Shown in pieces: positions 37,300 to 50,076 of a stretch of DNA of 64,000 nucleotides. Origin of the DNA: Raillietiella orientalis. Taxonomy: Eukaryota. Numbering within the stretch: the stretch's first letter is position 1; the number at the start of each line of letters is the position of its first letter. A model generated the notes under the pieces. That model worked only from the letters and a program-made list of their open reading frames with translations, had not been told where the DNA came from and did no database searches. The stretch covers positions 1-64,000 of the forward strand of contig JAYWIR010000030.1 of NCBI GenBank assembly GCA_036172245.1, in the 5' to 3' direction. Both the position numbers and the translations under genes were made by a program.

Positions 37300-39780
37300 T
37301 AGGTTGCGAGCATCGCCGGAAGTGTGGTCCAGTTGGTGTTCCCAGTACGTATCCCGGCCACATCGAATGGCGGAGAATACAGTTCTTTTTTTCATTTTCT
37401 CCTGATATCTCCGTGGGATGCGCACCTAATGTAGAAATCCACCATTCTTAGGGTTCCTCGCGCCGAGTGCTCCAATTATAAAGCCCAGGACATCGGTTTT
37501 GATGCCCTTTTGGGAGAGAGATCCTTCCATACCTTGGTACTTCTTTCTCCCTTCTGGCATGTTGAGTCGTCTTCGCGATTTCGAAATAGGCATGCAACGC
37601 CCGGAGCTGCCATCCTATTTTCCTTTTGGAGCACAAAGTCCTGCCAGAGCGAGAATTCCACTCCTTGGACTCGCTGGTTTTCGGAGATCTCTCTCCATCC
37701 AGCCGTCGAGGTGAGTGTGTTTCAGTCACTCCATGATCGCATTGTGCCTTTCTTTATAGAGGGAGGAATGCATCATGAAATGTTTTTACGTATGAGGCAG
37801 TGTTCGCTCCTACGTACTGCATCTACAGCATATTCTGTCCGCCTGGGGCCTTCCCTGTACACCTCAAATTGGCAACAAGTTCACCCTTGCATAAACACGC
37901 CCTTTCGTCGCGCAAGTTCAAATCTCCGGCTATCAGATGCGCTTCCTGCACGTGTTCTTTGGTAAGCCAGTCGCGTTTGAGGGTCACAAAAAACTCCTTT
38001 CGTCCCTGGGCTCTGTTTAAGCTGCCGAGGGAGTACACGTTGGTGGCCAAAAGGTCAATCGTTTGGGAACACTGAGAGTCAGTTGGTTGGATAAATCTGT
38101 AATCCGCAAACCGCAGGTAGCTAGGAGCATCCCGCACCGCATGGCTTTTCGTTGATCTGGGTGCTCTTTGGTCTGTGAAGGCCATGTTGATTCGTGCTGG
38201 GTATTCATAAAAATCGACGCTATCTCCTTCCTCTGGGTTGCATCGATTACCATACCCCCCCCCCCCCTTTAATTCTAGGATCTCCTTCACTAAATTTCCA
38301 TTTTGCAATCAATCTTTTCAAGACTTGACTTCTCACTGTCCACAGGCTTCTAATAACTCCACTTGCTCTCTGAAATTTCCTTTGACTATCTATTGAAAGG
38401 AATCTTCCCAGGTCCCCATCCGTGGGTGGTGATGATGACTTCTTTTGCACCACCACCCGAAGAGATTCCTTAGCAAGGTTCTTTACGACGGTGATGTGAT
38501 GAGCTCAAAGCAGCTGGCGATGATAAATGTGTCGGCGTCATCTGGCGGCCTCATCGTAATTGGCAGACTTCCTGTCACCATAACGTGGCTTGTCTACTGT
38601 ATGTTCCATCGGTGTAAATCTTATCGCCTTGTCAATTTGTCAGAAGAAAAGGACAGAAGTCCGCTCTTAAAGCGGACTGCTCTAATGTTTTCTTTCAACT
38701 ATCAGACTGGGAATGAAGAACAGAAAAGTGATCTCTTTGTTTTTTTTGATGTTTGAAAAAAATTTCAAGCCATGTCAATGGCATTCGAATCGATGTTGGC
38801 ACGATTGGAAAAAGTAGATAAGAGGCTGGAAGTTGCTGCAGAGGCGGTTCCACTCCGCAGGCAAGTAAAACGTGAATATCCATGCTGCCTGGAGTTGCCG
38901 AAATCACAAGTGCGAAACACATTTGCTGGGTGCATCGAAGATGAGTTTGGAACGCGATTCGTTGCTTTGTTCATCCTAGCTCATCCTTGGCTCATTTTTG
39001 TGACCATCAACTCAAAAACATGTTGCTAACAGCTCGACTTGCCGAAGTTGGAAAGAAATTTCTAATTCGTTATCGCATCCTTTAGTATAAGACTTTCTTG
39101 GCACTAGGCTCGTGATCTCAGAACTTTGATAGCGCTTATTAATCCCACGTTCGGAAAAGAGTGGCCTGCTCCTTCCCGACGCCCATCCGACTGAAATCGC
39201 ACATTTTGAAACGGAAAGACTTTCAAACGGAATGCTTACCTCCCAGTTACTCAATGACCTTCCTTGCAGGTAGATGAAGGAGCTCCTTCCGAACGAAGCA
39301 TTGGCAGAACTGCCTCATCCAGGAGCTTCCATTCACCTTTCGGATGCCTAGCCTTCCAAAATGAACAAGGCTGGTGTGGAAAGAGGTCTTCATCGCATCC
39401 AATTTTTGCCACGGTACAAGTCTGCTGGATAGGATTCTACTTGCCTTTTCCAATGCCCCCTCCTTAAGTGGGGTATTTGTTGGAAATTTCTATTCCAGGG
39501 GCCTCTCCCAATTATTTGTACGCTTCTGACGTTGGGTACGTGTTTGCCATTGACATCCAATGCCAGTGTTCTTGCTCCCTTCGGCGTTTTCCCGTGGAAG
39601 TGGAAAGGTGCAAGCTTCTATGGGTTGATGTCACTAAGGGATTTGCGGCAACGTTCAGTGGATGGGTTGATTGGAGTCCAGTCATAATTTCAATGCTTCA
39701 GGGTAGGTTATTTGCCGGGGGTACCGAAACACCATGTCTTCTTCTGATCCTGGCCTGGCATTACGTCTTAGGTCTTGGCT
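37300..39780 (-). mobile_element. Decayed L1-clade 5' region: ORF1 knuckle and APE endonuclease
   Basis: LLATNVYS...RKEFFVTL...HLIAGDLN (37823..38308 ORF) matches APE motifs NVYAP...R..FF..L...GDFN. Upstream NSRQHGYSRFTC resembles a knuckle. Confidence 0.7.
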
Positions 39781-39799
39781 GATGTGTACTAGGTCCTTC

Positions 39800-41250
39800 T
39801 CACGCTTCATTCGACCTCTGCACGCGAAATCGATGCCATTTTAGGTGGGCGGCTCCAGCATATGCGTTCTTCTTTAAGGCGACCATAGGTCATTATGGCG
39901 AGAAAACAGCCGAATCGATCTGGGCTTTTGGAATGGGCAAAATCTCTTTGTGGTCCCTGGCTGTGTGGGATCAATATTCTTGCTGCTCCGTATACACCCT
40001 GGTTCCGAACTGCTTGCTTCAGCAAGTCGAAAGCACGAAGACATTTCGTTCTCCCTCCACTCAGCACTTACTGCTCACAGAGCTCCTGTTGCTCTCCAGC
40101 GACATTCCTGCTGGAGTCAGGGGGGTGCCACCTAGGAGGTGGAAGGAGCCCTTCGGACGCACCAGGTTTCTTGATCAGTCCTCTGTCTCTCCTTTACCCG
40201 TTCCCTTGAAGTCCCAGAAAAAATACGAGCACCCATCGTGTTGAGGACATGGAACATGACTGCCCAGGGACGCACCGAACCCCTCTTCGTGAGCGCTGCC
40301 AGCCGCATCCCCATGCCTGCGCGGGATCGCGGCGTCCTGGAAAGAAGCCAGGGGAGGAGGCCGCTCTAGGGACGCCATCCACTTTTCCCTACGTTTCTCG
40401 CGGGGGGCAACGAGAGAGCCCCGCCTGGTGAACATGTGGCAGGAACTTTCCGGCCTCCAGCAATGAACATACTAAGGATCCCGGATGAAAATCCGCGAGA
40501 GGCTCCTCTGCTGGTGGTTTCCTTTGAGAGGGACGCGCACATATGTATGACGTGCAGCTGACCGCATTCCCCGCGCCGGGGAGGATGGCCAGCCGAGCTA
40601 GGGTCAACGATCCAAGAGGGCACAACATCTCTTCACCGGTTCACTCCAGCCCTGGCGGAAGGACGACGACCCGAGAACGGTGGTCGCCTTCCCAACGAAA
40701 ACCTTTCGCCAACCTGGATAGCGAGTCCGGTTTCCGGGCAAGGGCTGATCCGCCGCCGGGCTCCAAAGTGCGGGCAGATGCCTTCACCAGCGAGAAAGGG
40801 GGGGGAGAGGCGGACATTTTGTTCGCGGGGTTTGAACCCGCAGCCTTGGTTCGGTGCCAGAGTAATTAGGTTGCTTCTTCCCCTGCTCTGTCGTCAACTC
40901 CGCCGCAGCACACCTGATCGCCGAAAACGCGCCGGCGCTCGTTGTCTCGTAGGTTGGCAACCGCGTTTCTCGATTCTTCCCTGCTCGCTCGAATGTGCGA
41001 GGGCACGAGCCGTGGTCTCCTCTGCCTCTCCGTCGGGATCCCGGTGTGGAGGAACGTCCGCGTACACTGCGTTGGCAACTCAGCCAGCATCCCAGACTGC
41101 TTTTCCAGCTTCCGTTTCTGCGACTCCTTTATCTTCTTTCCTAGCCGCGCCGGCGGCCTGCGAGCAGGCAGCCGCCACCATTCCAAACGTTCGTCAGCCG
41201 CCGAGGGAGATCCTAGGGAACACTAGGAATCTTCTGGGGGCTTCGTTCAC
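39800..41250 (-). mobile_element. Another decayed L1/Tx1-like 5' region (ORF1 end and APE start)
   Basis: Relics MFIAGGRKV...RNVGKSG (knuckle-like), HVLNTMG (SLNVxG), QGVYGA (NVYAP). Confidence 0.4.
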
Positions 41251-41279
41251 CCCCTTCGTCCCAGTGCTGACCTCCCTAA

Positions 41280-42165
41280 GGGGAGCAATGGACAGCCAAC
41301 ATCCAGCGAAGTGGGAAGTGACCTGCTTAATACGAAACACGAAAAAACACCTGGGTGCTTGGACAACTCGGGAGTTGGCAGACACCGCGACATCGAGTGT
41401 TCCACCAAACGGACTGTTACGCTGAGAGTACTACGAATTCCTCTGGAGGAGGTACAGTGGCCCCCAGCGTGTTGGAACAGTGCTACCTTCCCTTTGAAGT
41501 GGCAGAAGTCGGCAACCCTGCTGTTGCATTGGGACCTCCCATGTAACGCCCGCCGACCCCATTGCATCCGGGGGAGTGTAAGCCCGAACTGCGGCAGGTA
41601 CGGCGAGAGAGCGTCCCTCCCGCCCCTGCTCATGGATTGTGTTGCCCTGCGTCCTTTGTGGGAACGTTTTGCTGCGTCCTTGTGGATTCCCGAGGGCAAT
41701 CCCAGAGATGCTTTGAAGGACCTCTTCCTGCGCGCCGCCTTCACATCGGCCGCATCCCCAGCAGCACTTTGCTGCCCATGCGACGGGATCGTGGCTACAT
41801 GGAGCAACGCCAGAGGAGGCCAGAACGACAGGGACGTCATCTATTTTACTATCTTACATGAGGACAGCGTCAAGATGGCACCATCTGGGAACCATAATAC
41901 AGGAACTTGCCGTCATCCTTACAAGGATGCAGGCGACGTCCTCCAGAACGCAGTGATGCCTTTCCGAACCCACCACTGTTTTTGTATATTTCCTTTTATT
42001 TTTCTTTTTGTTTGTATCTCCTTCCCCTGTGCTGCCGAGGCGAACCTCGCTGTCTTGCGTGCCGCCTCTCGGCAGCTTCCTTTTAGCACACTTATAACTC
42101 GGCAGGACCAACCGAACTGTCACCGACTTGTATGTTTACTTTTTATATAAATAAACGCTCCGACG
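41280..42165 (+). mobile_element. 5'-truncated L1/Tx1-clade 3' end plus UTR, same family as 24161-25000
   Basis: FPLKWQKSATLLLHWDLPCNARRPHCIRGSVSPNCGRYGERASLPPLLMDCVALRPLWERF. UTR stem at 42031-42076; ends AATAAACGCTCCG. Confidence 0.88.
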
Positions 42166-42166
42166 C

Positions 42167-42520
42167 ATATTAATGCATACATATAATATATGTATACAGT
42201 AATATACATATTAATATATATACGTATTAATATATGTATATATGAATATGTATATTAATATATACATATATTAAATGTAAACACATACACACATATTAAT
42301 TTATGCAAATAAACATATCAGTATATAGATATTAATAGACATATATTATGTATAAATTTATATATATTAAAATGTATATATTTATATGTATATTTATATA
42401 AACTGATATCTATATTTGTATAAATTGATATGTATATATATGTTAATATGCGTATTTATATATATATTAAAGATTGTAATGTGCATATTGCACTGATTAA
42501 TATATAATTATATGTATAAA
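42167..42520. repeat. Degenerate (TA)n-rich low-complexity tract
   Basis: Nearly pure A/T with interrupted TA and TATG runs. Confidence 0.85.
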
Positions 42521-42899
42521 ATAAATAATGGCGACAAAAATAGTAGAAGAAAATAAAAAAGCAAGCAAATTAAAAAAAAAAAAAAAAAGGTAATTTGGTA
42601 TTTCATTTTCCTGTCAACACAATAAATGAAACTTTCTCAGGAAGTGATGAGTTCTGTTGTCGGTATTCGGATTTTATGATAAATATTTCTGCTTATAATT
42701 CGATATTTACTCATTCGTTTCATATAAATTCGGTTTTTCATTATCCTTATCATATATATATGTATTATTTGAGCTAAACCTGCTCATTATGCACCCGAAT
42801 TATGGCATGATTGTACCTAAAAATGACACCTCCCATTCGATATTAATTGGATGTTGTGGAACAGTTGGCCGAATACTGAAGGAGGCAAACACAGGCAAT

Positions 42900-44560
42900 G
42901 CTCGGATGTTTCACGATCTGAGTGGCAGGAAACCAAGCGTTCCATGAAAGGGATGAACTTCATGGATTGAGAGATGAGAGCAGCCCGAAATGCGGTGGAC
43001 GGCGGCATCTTGGTAAGATGACCACCGCCGCCTTCGGATTATCCGATACTCCTGGCAGTGAAAAGTGGAATGGAAGGGAATGACGGGAGTTGTTTTCCAT
43101 TCACTGGGCTTCGGAGGATGAGCAGTCCTGGAAAAGGTGGCATCGTGTTTCGGATTCCTGCAGTGCACTTTTCGCCCAGACAGCAAGTGAGGCGTGGATC
43201 CTGCGCATATAAGGGTGTCGGCATGAAAGCACCAGTCGACTCGTGTCTGCTAAGGGGAGACCGAATGAACGCCACTTATGAATAAAGGAGGCCAAAGGCC
43301 ATCTCCTGTGTAAAGATACAATGAGCTACCGATGAATAGAGGCATTGCTCACAGCGGGAAATGCAAGCATCGAGTTGAGTAAAGCAAGATGAGTCAAGAT
43401 GAGTCACTAGTGATCCTTCACTTCGTCTAGCAGCTGGTTCGCTCTTACATTCGAATATCTCCTGTGCTGCAAAGTCTGAACGCATCGAATAAAATTAGAG
43501 GAATTACATGTTTTGCATCATGTTCCAGAGCAATGTACCGAGCATTCCAGTTGCATTTGCTCGTACGAAGAAATCGTCTCGGTGCCACGATGCCCATGCT
43601 ATGTGAAGTTTTGAGCAACTCACCGGTGGAATCTGAGTGGGAATTCGATTACCCAGAGCCCCATCCATGAGCACTTTGGGCTGCAGAGAAGCATTTTGTC
43701 TTCTTTCTAGACTCATGAACTATTTTCTATCCTCTTTATCACCTTAAACTCTTGAGTTCACGAGAGGTGTTATCTCGAGGGACCTTGAATACGACGTAAG
43801 TACGACTCTTTCTCCTATATTAATCTTTTGCTTCTCCCATACCCGGAAGTGTTCCAAATTTCTGAGAGCAAGTGGCCATTGCATGGAAGCCAAAATTGAA
43901 AAACCGTAACTTGAGGCGATCAGGATGGTTGGTCAGCTGCCTATTCTGCATTAAGAAGAAATTAGTGCTTCGATGATTCGGAATCTTTCTTTGAGTTGCT
44001 ATCCTTGCAATTGTGGATGCTACGCTTTCTAAATACAAATCATGTTTTCTAAATAGGTGGTAGAAGATTGCATGAAGCAGCCGTGCATCGAAAAACAACC
44101 GATGCATGTTTTCCATGAGTGTGCATCGTCTTTGGAGCATGCAACGGATCTACGTGCAAATTCCACGGACAACATTTTAAACACTTGTGGTGGAAATGAC
44201 CACACCCTCCAAAGTTCGAGGTTACCCATTTTGCCTTTAGCACGACTGTGTTTCGTTGCTGGGGAGTGGTAAGTTGATAGCCACAGGGACGGAAGATTCA
44301 ATCAGAGAAAAGGCTCTCTTTTCGTGTGCCACATAGTGTTCCATTTAATGTTTTAGTGCATCGAAACTTTGCATGTGGACACCTCTCAACTACTTCATGA
44401 TTTTGGAAATCAGTTGAAATTCTCCTGTTCCGTTGAGTCTCAGGATCAACCTTCAGGGTCTTTTTGAAGGCATTTATGTTTACTATTAGAAGATGGAAGC
44501 TTTCATTGCTTTATCGCTTGGGATAAAGAAACCAAAGTTTGGCTTATAACGCGATAGCAC
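42900..44560 (-). mobile_element. Highly decayed Gypsy-type LTR retrotransposon pol (RT-RNase H-integrase order)
   Basis: LHAIFYHLFRKHDLYL (LAIIFxxxKFHxYL), RLKLRFFNFGF...KFG (RWAL.L..YDF), and GALGNRIP...KLH / GHRG...NMMQN (WGxRVVIP...LH.GHxG...NMV..C). Confidence 0.5.
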
Positions 44561-45699
44561 ACAAGATCGTTAGTGTAATTTTCAATCTTCAATGATTGAT
44601 GTGAATTGCAAATTTAAAGGAGTAGGACTTTCAACTTTATAGAATGTGAGAGATTTATATGAGGGCGAAAACTGTTTGCTGTATCCACTGCATCCAAAGT
44701 AATTATAAAGAAGGCTACTATTGTTACTACTACAAATAATAATAATAATAAGAAATATGTATAATTTAATAAGATAGGAACACATACGCATCTCGAATGT
44801 AAATTTATTTACGTCTTCTTTCACCCCTTGTAATCGAAGTAAATTCAAGAGTTGCACCTTCGATTTTTATCCCATAAACAGCGGAAGATTCGTTAATTAA
44901 CTATTGATAATATTGTTCTTCCAGATCATTCTAAATATTTGCCATAATCCTTTCGCGTTTCGGCTTGATAAGACAGGTCATAGCTCGTATTTGAACCACT
45001 TGAGATACACAGAGTTCATACATAAATTAAAAGGAAATAATACTATGCAAATATAATTATGGGTACATTTCTAGATAATGTGGTAGTACTTACAAATAGC
45101 CTTTGCACAACTGTGTACTTAGACATGAATTAATTATCGCGAGTATCGATTGTTGTGAAAGAAGGGTTCGGAAAATCGCTTAGAACAAAGTAAATGACGT
45201 CATTTCTAATGACCGAGAGCGAGAGTCTCCTTATTAAAACAAAATAAGTACAAAAAAAAAAAAAAGAATTTTGCGGTTCGTGAAAACACATACAAGCCAG
45301 TGAGACCTCAGCCGGTGGATGAATGATTTGTAAGTGTTCGTGTGTGTTGGAAAATCTCCGGTGAGTTGGTGCGAGGCAGAAAGGGAGAGAAAGAGAGAGA
45401 GAGAGAGAGAAAAAAAATCGGACCAAAATCTTGGAGCATCTGCCGACAAGGGGCCCCACCCTCCCAGAAAATAAAGAAACGGGTAGGGAGAGACAACTGC
45501 AAGAATTTTCGGAACGGAAGCAATTTGGAAACCCTCGTTGTGTTTTTCCCTTTGGTTCGACATGATTGCTACTCGTGTTATTTCGTTATGTATTCGTAAC
45601 GAATTCCTACCAGTCGGTACTATTTTCCTGCTCCGTTTTCGTGCACCAGGCGCGATACCTACCCGCTTTGGCAGCAGCCAGTAGTATTCCTTGCACGTC

Positions 45700-46274
45700 C
45701 CGTGACTGACACGTTGCCGTGCCGTGGCAGTACCTACCGAGGTGTGCCCAAGGCGTGCCCCCTCCCCACCCCTCGGCTGCTCCCACGGCAGCCCTTCCGC
45801 TTGCCTGCCGCCGACCCCCGCTGGCGGCGGCGGCCCACCTCGTGCGTGAAAGAAGCCGACACGGGACACGCGCGAGCACGTGTCCCCCCGTGTCCCGGAC
45901 GTGTGCCGAACCAGTCGTTCCTGACCCGCGAGACGACCCGCGCTTGCCTCCGCAGCCGAAGGAAAAAGTGCACCCGCTGTCCCCTGCCGCCACACGCGCG
46001 CCGATTCGGCACGACCTTTGGGGCCTACGGTCGCCGCCTCCCCGCCCGCCGTGTAAAGAGAATTTCCGTGTTGCTTCTCGGGACGGATGCGTGGACAGCC
46101 GTGTCATTAAAACATCATCACTTGCGACCGGCCGTTTCTGTAATGCGGAATTTCATATCGTTGATGTCGATCCCCCGAGTTGGTGGGTATCTCACGGTAT
46201 CGTTGCAGGTCTCGAGAAGAAACACATGCAGCTTGGCGAACAGCAGCAATCTGTAAAGGAAAAGTGATGCAGCC
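45700..46274 (+). promoter_or_regulatory. GC/CpG-rich island and probable 5' leader upstream of HSBP1
   Basis: Abrupt GC-rich patch (~45700-46110) in AT-rich context, directly upstream of the HSBP1 ATG (GCAGCCATGG). Confidence 0.45.
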
Positions 46275-46379
46275 ATGGATGACCCTATAAGTAACCTTGA
46301 GTCAGTTGGCGAGGATTCCACGAAGAATGAGATTAAGCCCTCTTTTGATAAAAAAAATGTTCTAGACCTTGCAAAATAT
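46275..46379 (+). CDS. HSBP1: Heat shock factor-binding protein 1, coding exon 1
   Basis: ATG at 46275, 35 codons MDDPISNLESVGEDSTKNEIKPSFDKKNVLDLAKY, then GTAAGT donor at 46380 (phase 0). DKKNVLDL matches the HSBP1 DPKxVQDL motif. Confidence 0.85.
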
Positions 46380-49096
46380 GTAAGTTGTTCCGGAAGCCGT
46401 TATGTACATGTATGTGTGCAGATAAGGTTGAATTCGTAGAGAATGCACCATCGGTTTTCTTAAATCCGTATTTAAACGTCACAAGTAGCGGCCACTGTTC
46501 AGTTTCTTGTTTAAAAATGTGATTGTTTTTCTCGAGAAAATTTTACCCATACATTTGTCAAAGCCTTATGTTAAACAACTCTATGCACATGGTACAAATT
46601 TGGATTAATTGAATATTGTGCAGTCCATTACCTTGTAAGATAAACTTGGTTATCTGTTGTGTTAGATGAAACATTTTTCTGCAGTCAAGGTGAGTACATG
46701 TAAAAGTTTTGTTTCAAGAAGTGGTGGTAAACATTTGTGTAAGTTCAACGTAAGGAAGTGACCGTCACCATGAGGTGTGACGGTTCAGTGCCTTTTATTA
46801 AAAATGCAACGAATTATTGTTGCAAAACCACCTCGAAACCATTGTATTGAATGCAGATAAGTAAATGCATGATGTGCAAGGAAACCAATTACTAACTTCA
46901 GTTATTGAGAATGTACCCATTTCTGATCACAGAATATTAAGACAAAGTATAAGTTAATTCGAAATCTATAATTTTGAATAAAATAAGTGCAAAGAATTGA
47001 TCGACAATGAAAATTCTCAAGAAATGCTTATCATTTTGAAATGTCATAAGCTCAGATAACTATTGCGAAGTTTCTTACTTTTTTGAATATACATTGTTAC
47101 TACCTCCATGAAAGGTTTGGTTGGTCAAAAAATTTTGCAGTTAGGGTATTTTGCTGTCTTTTTATAGAGGTATTTATTTTGTCCATAAAATTCTTATATT
47201 CTCCCTAGCCCTGAATCAGTCATCAATCAAGTGAAGGTATAACAAGTCACCACTTGTGTAATTATTAGAAAAACTAGATCTTATTTACAATTACAATGGT
47301 TACGCAGGTTTGACTAGATGGTTTCAAAGGATTTCTATCTTTGATGTAGTTTCATAGTCGAAAATTGATTTTCAAATAGTTTCATTTATTACCAGTTTTT
47401 AACATGAAATTCTGGATTTTTACTTACTCTTGCTTTCTAATCAAGGTGGACATGCACAATAAATGTATATATAATTGTCACAGATGTGTCTTTTAGTTTC
47501 ATTTTCCACACAATCAAAGAGGAAACTATAGTTGCCAAAATGTAATTATAAATGAAACAATTGTTTGTAACTAATCTGATTTGGGGAAAATTATAAAGCA
47601 TACTTCTACTTCACAATTTTTGAGAACTGAAGCATTAAACATTTTGACATATAAAATTTCTAATAATTGAAAGGGTTGAATGAAAAAATTGAGCAGCCCA
47701 TATGATCAAGAGTTAATGACTGTGATTTGTATTTAATTTGATGATTCATGTTTCATCAGTCCATGTTAATGGGGCTTTAGTGATTACCTAACTTCTTTTG
47801 CTTCATGATGTGTCTTGTGTATTAATATGGATATTTAAAAACCGAAATTCCTTTGAAGAATGTATTTTGATTAATGGAAATGGCAGCCCTATTTTAGTTG
47901 CCTGAAAATTCTTTTCATTTTATATTAGTCTTACATCAAAGAAATATTTACTATGAGTTGATTAGCTTTATAAGAACACAGCCTCAGTTAAATTGGGGTA
48001 ATTGGGATTACTGAAATCTCAATTTAAAAATTTTTCTCAAGTTATTATATTTTATCAATATTTGTTGGGTACTTTTCAAGTAAATCCTTAGAAAAAAAAA
48101 ACAGATGTCTATCTAACATGCCAGCAGAAATGTACATACTAGATGTCTTTCAAAATTCCAAACAATCATTAGTAAAGTAAGTAATTTTTGGATGCTGAAT
48201 AATTGATTACATAGAGTTAGGTTGTTGGATTCCTTTTGTGTTGATTCCAGAGCCTTTTTTTGTTTCTGTGTTAGATCTTCCTTTAAACATTTGCATGTTT
48301 CAGGAGGGACCATAACTGGAAAATAATCAAGTCATTTGAGAGATTGTTTTAATTATCGAATGAAACAAGAATAAGTAGTTCAAATTCAGGATCAGCACTT
48401 TAAAGATTATTTAATTTAAATGATTATCTGATTTACTGAATTACTGAAGAAAGCACTGCACAAATTTTTGTTATCAAATAATTGAGTCCTCGTTCTCTAG
48501 TGTAAGAATGGTTTTCACAAGAAGTGTTCGATTTTCGTTCGCAATATTTGTGAGGAAACTATTTCTCTAGTTCCTCTTAATTCTCATCAAGGTTTTTTCA
48601 TTATCATTTTCTTCTATTTTGCACAGGTTTTGAATCCATGTATATGTGAAATTGTAAATGGGAATTTTTTTATTGTTTACAAAATTTCCCTTTTGATTAC
48701 TGAGGACTCTTTTTAGTGCCCTCTTTGTTCAGTCAGTTTTTTTTTTCCAAAAAACAAATCTGCAAATTTAATAATCAGTAGCATGTGGAACAAGTTCCAG
48801 TTTGCTCACCTGAAAGGGAATTTCATAATGAATGAGTAGCGGATGGTTGCCATGAATAGATTGATGACAAATTGTATTGTAACAAGTGTGTTACTGGATT
48901 CTCTCAGTAATACATGTTGTTACATGTGTTTAAAATATCTTCACTGATTAATTCATAAATGCTTAATTGAAGTCGTAAATATGAAATCTCACTCTTGGAT
49001 GTGTGGATTGATTAGAAATCATTCAAACATTCATAATATCTGGAAGAAGAGGGATTTTGTTTTTCCATTATGTCCTTGTTGAGAGTGTGCAGTTGC

Positions 49097-50076
49097 TTTT
49101 TTGATAAATATGAGGCATGCACACAGAATGTCAGTGATGAGCTCAATGAAAAGTACTTTTATAGCTTGCAGGATTTGTATTTTAAATGATGTAGAGTGAG
49201 TGCTTTTTCTGTTGACATATCTCATCCAACATATGACAAATACTTCTGTGGCAAAAGAGGCATTATAACTTGAAAGTTTTCTGTAGCTCCTCATTCTTTA
49301 AGGAGAATTTTGATTACAATCAAACATTGAGAATGACATGGATTGTTGAATTTCTTAAGATTTAAGAGCAGTAGACTTTTTTTTTTCCTCTTTTTTTTTT
49401 TTTTTTCTAGAAATGTGAGTTGTAGAAAATACGGCAGTTTTCGAAAACCTTAAGGCTTTTGTGTTTAGCTAATTTTTCCATAAATTTACTATTCAGAAAG
49501 GGTTTTTACGGTCAATAAATCTATTTATTTTTTGAAAATCTTGAGTTTTTACTGTACCCATTCTAGTAGAACAGCAATGAATGCAACTAGAGCTATGTGG
49601 ATATCTTTTGTGCTTCTGTATTTCACAGTTTGCATTTATTCCTGTCATGGTTCTCGTATCATTTCAGAAGAAATAATACGGTAAGTGTTTTCTTTGAAAC
49701 TACTTTAGTGTCTACAAAAAAAAAAAAAAAACCCTAATGTTATAGCAGCATGTTGTCAGTATGATTGTGTCATTATTAAGCAATTAATTTTTGATGCATA
49801 TCCTTTGTGTGAAAGCTCCAAGCCTATCCCTATTCTATGTAAACCTTATCCTTTTTGGACTGTTTAAATAAGTATGGATCCGTTTCAGTTGTATTTAAGC
49901 TTTTATGAATATAAATTTTCAGTTTGTCACTAATATTGTTCCTGGTTCCAATTTATCAATAATGGTGACAGTTCACTCTACATCGTTTGAAATACAAATC
50001 CTGCAAGCAATAAAAGTACTTTTCATTGAGCTCATTATTGGCAGTCTGTGTGCATGCCTTATATTTATCCAAAAAA
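49097..50076. repeat. ~100-bp imperfect inverted repeat (arms 49097-49199 and 49973-50076)
   Basis: Arm 2 TCACTCTACATCGTTTGAAATACAAATCCTGCAAGC... is the reverse complement of arm 1 with several mismatches. Also visible as the shared peptide HSTSFxIQILQAIKVLFIELI in opposite-strand ORFs. Confidence 0.9.

Noticed and set aside
45234..46267. Overlapping 166-253 aa ORFs upstream of HSBP1
   Set aside because: Low-complexity Pro/Arg/Ala products on both strands, typical of a GC-rich promoter. The 45719 ORF stops at 46267, before the HSBP1 ATG.
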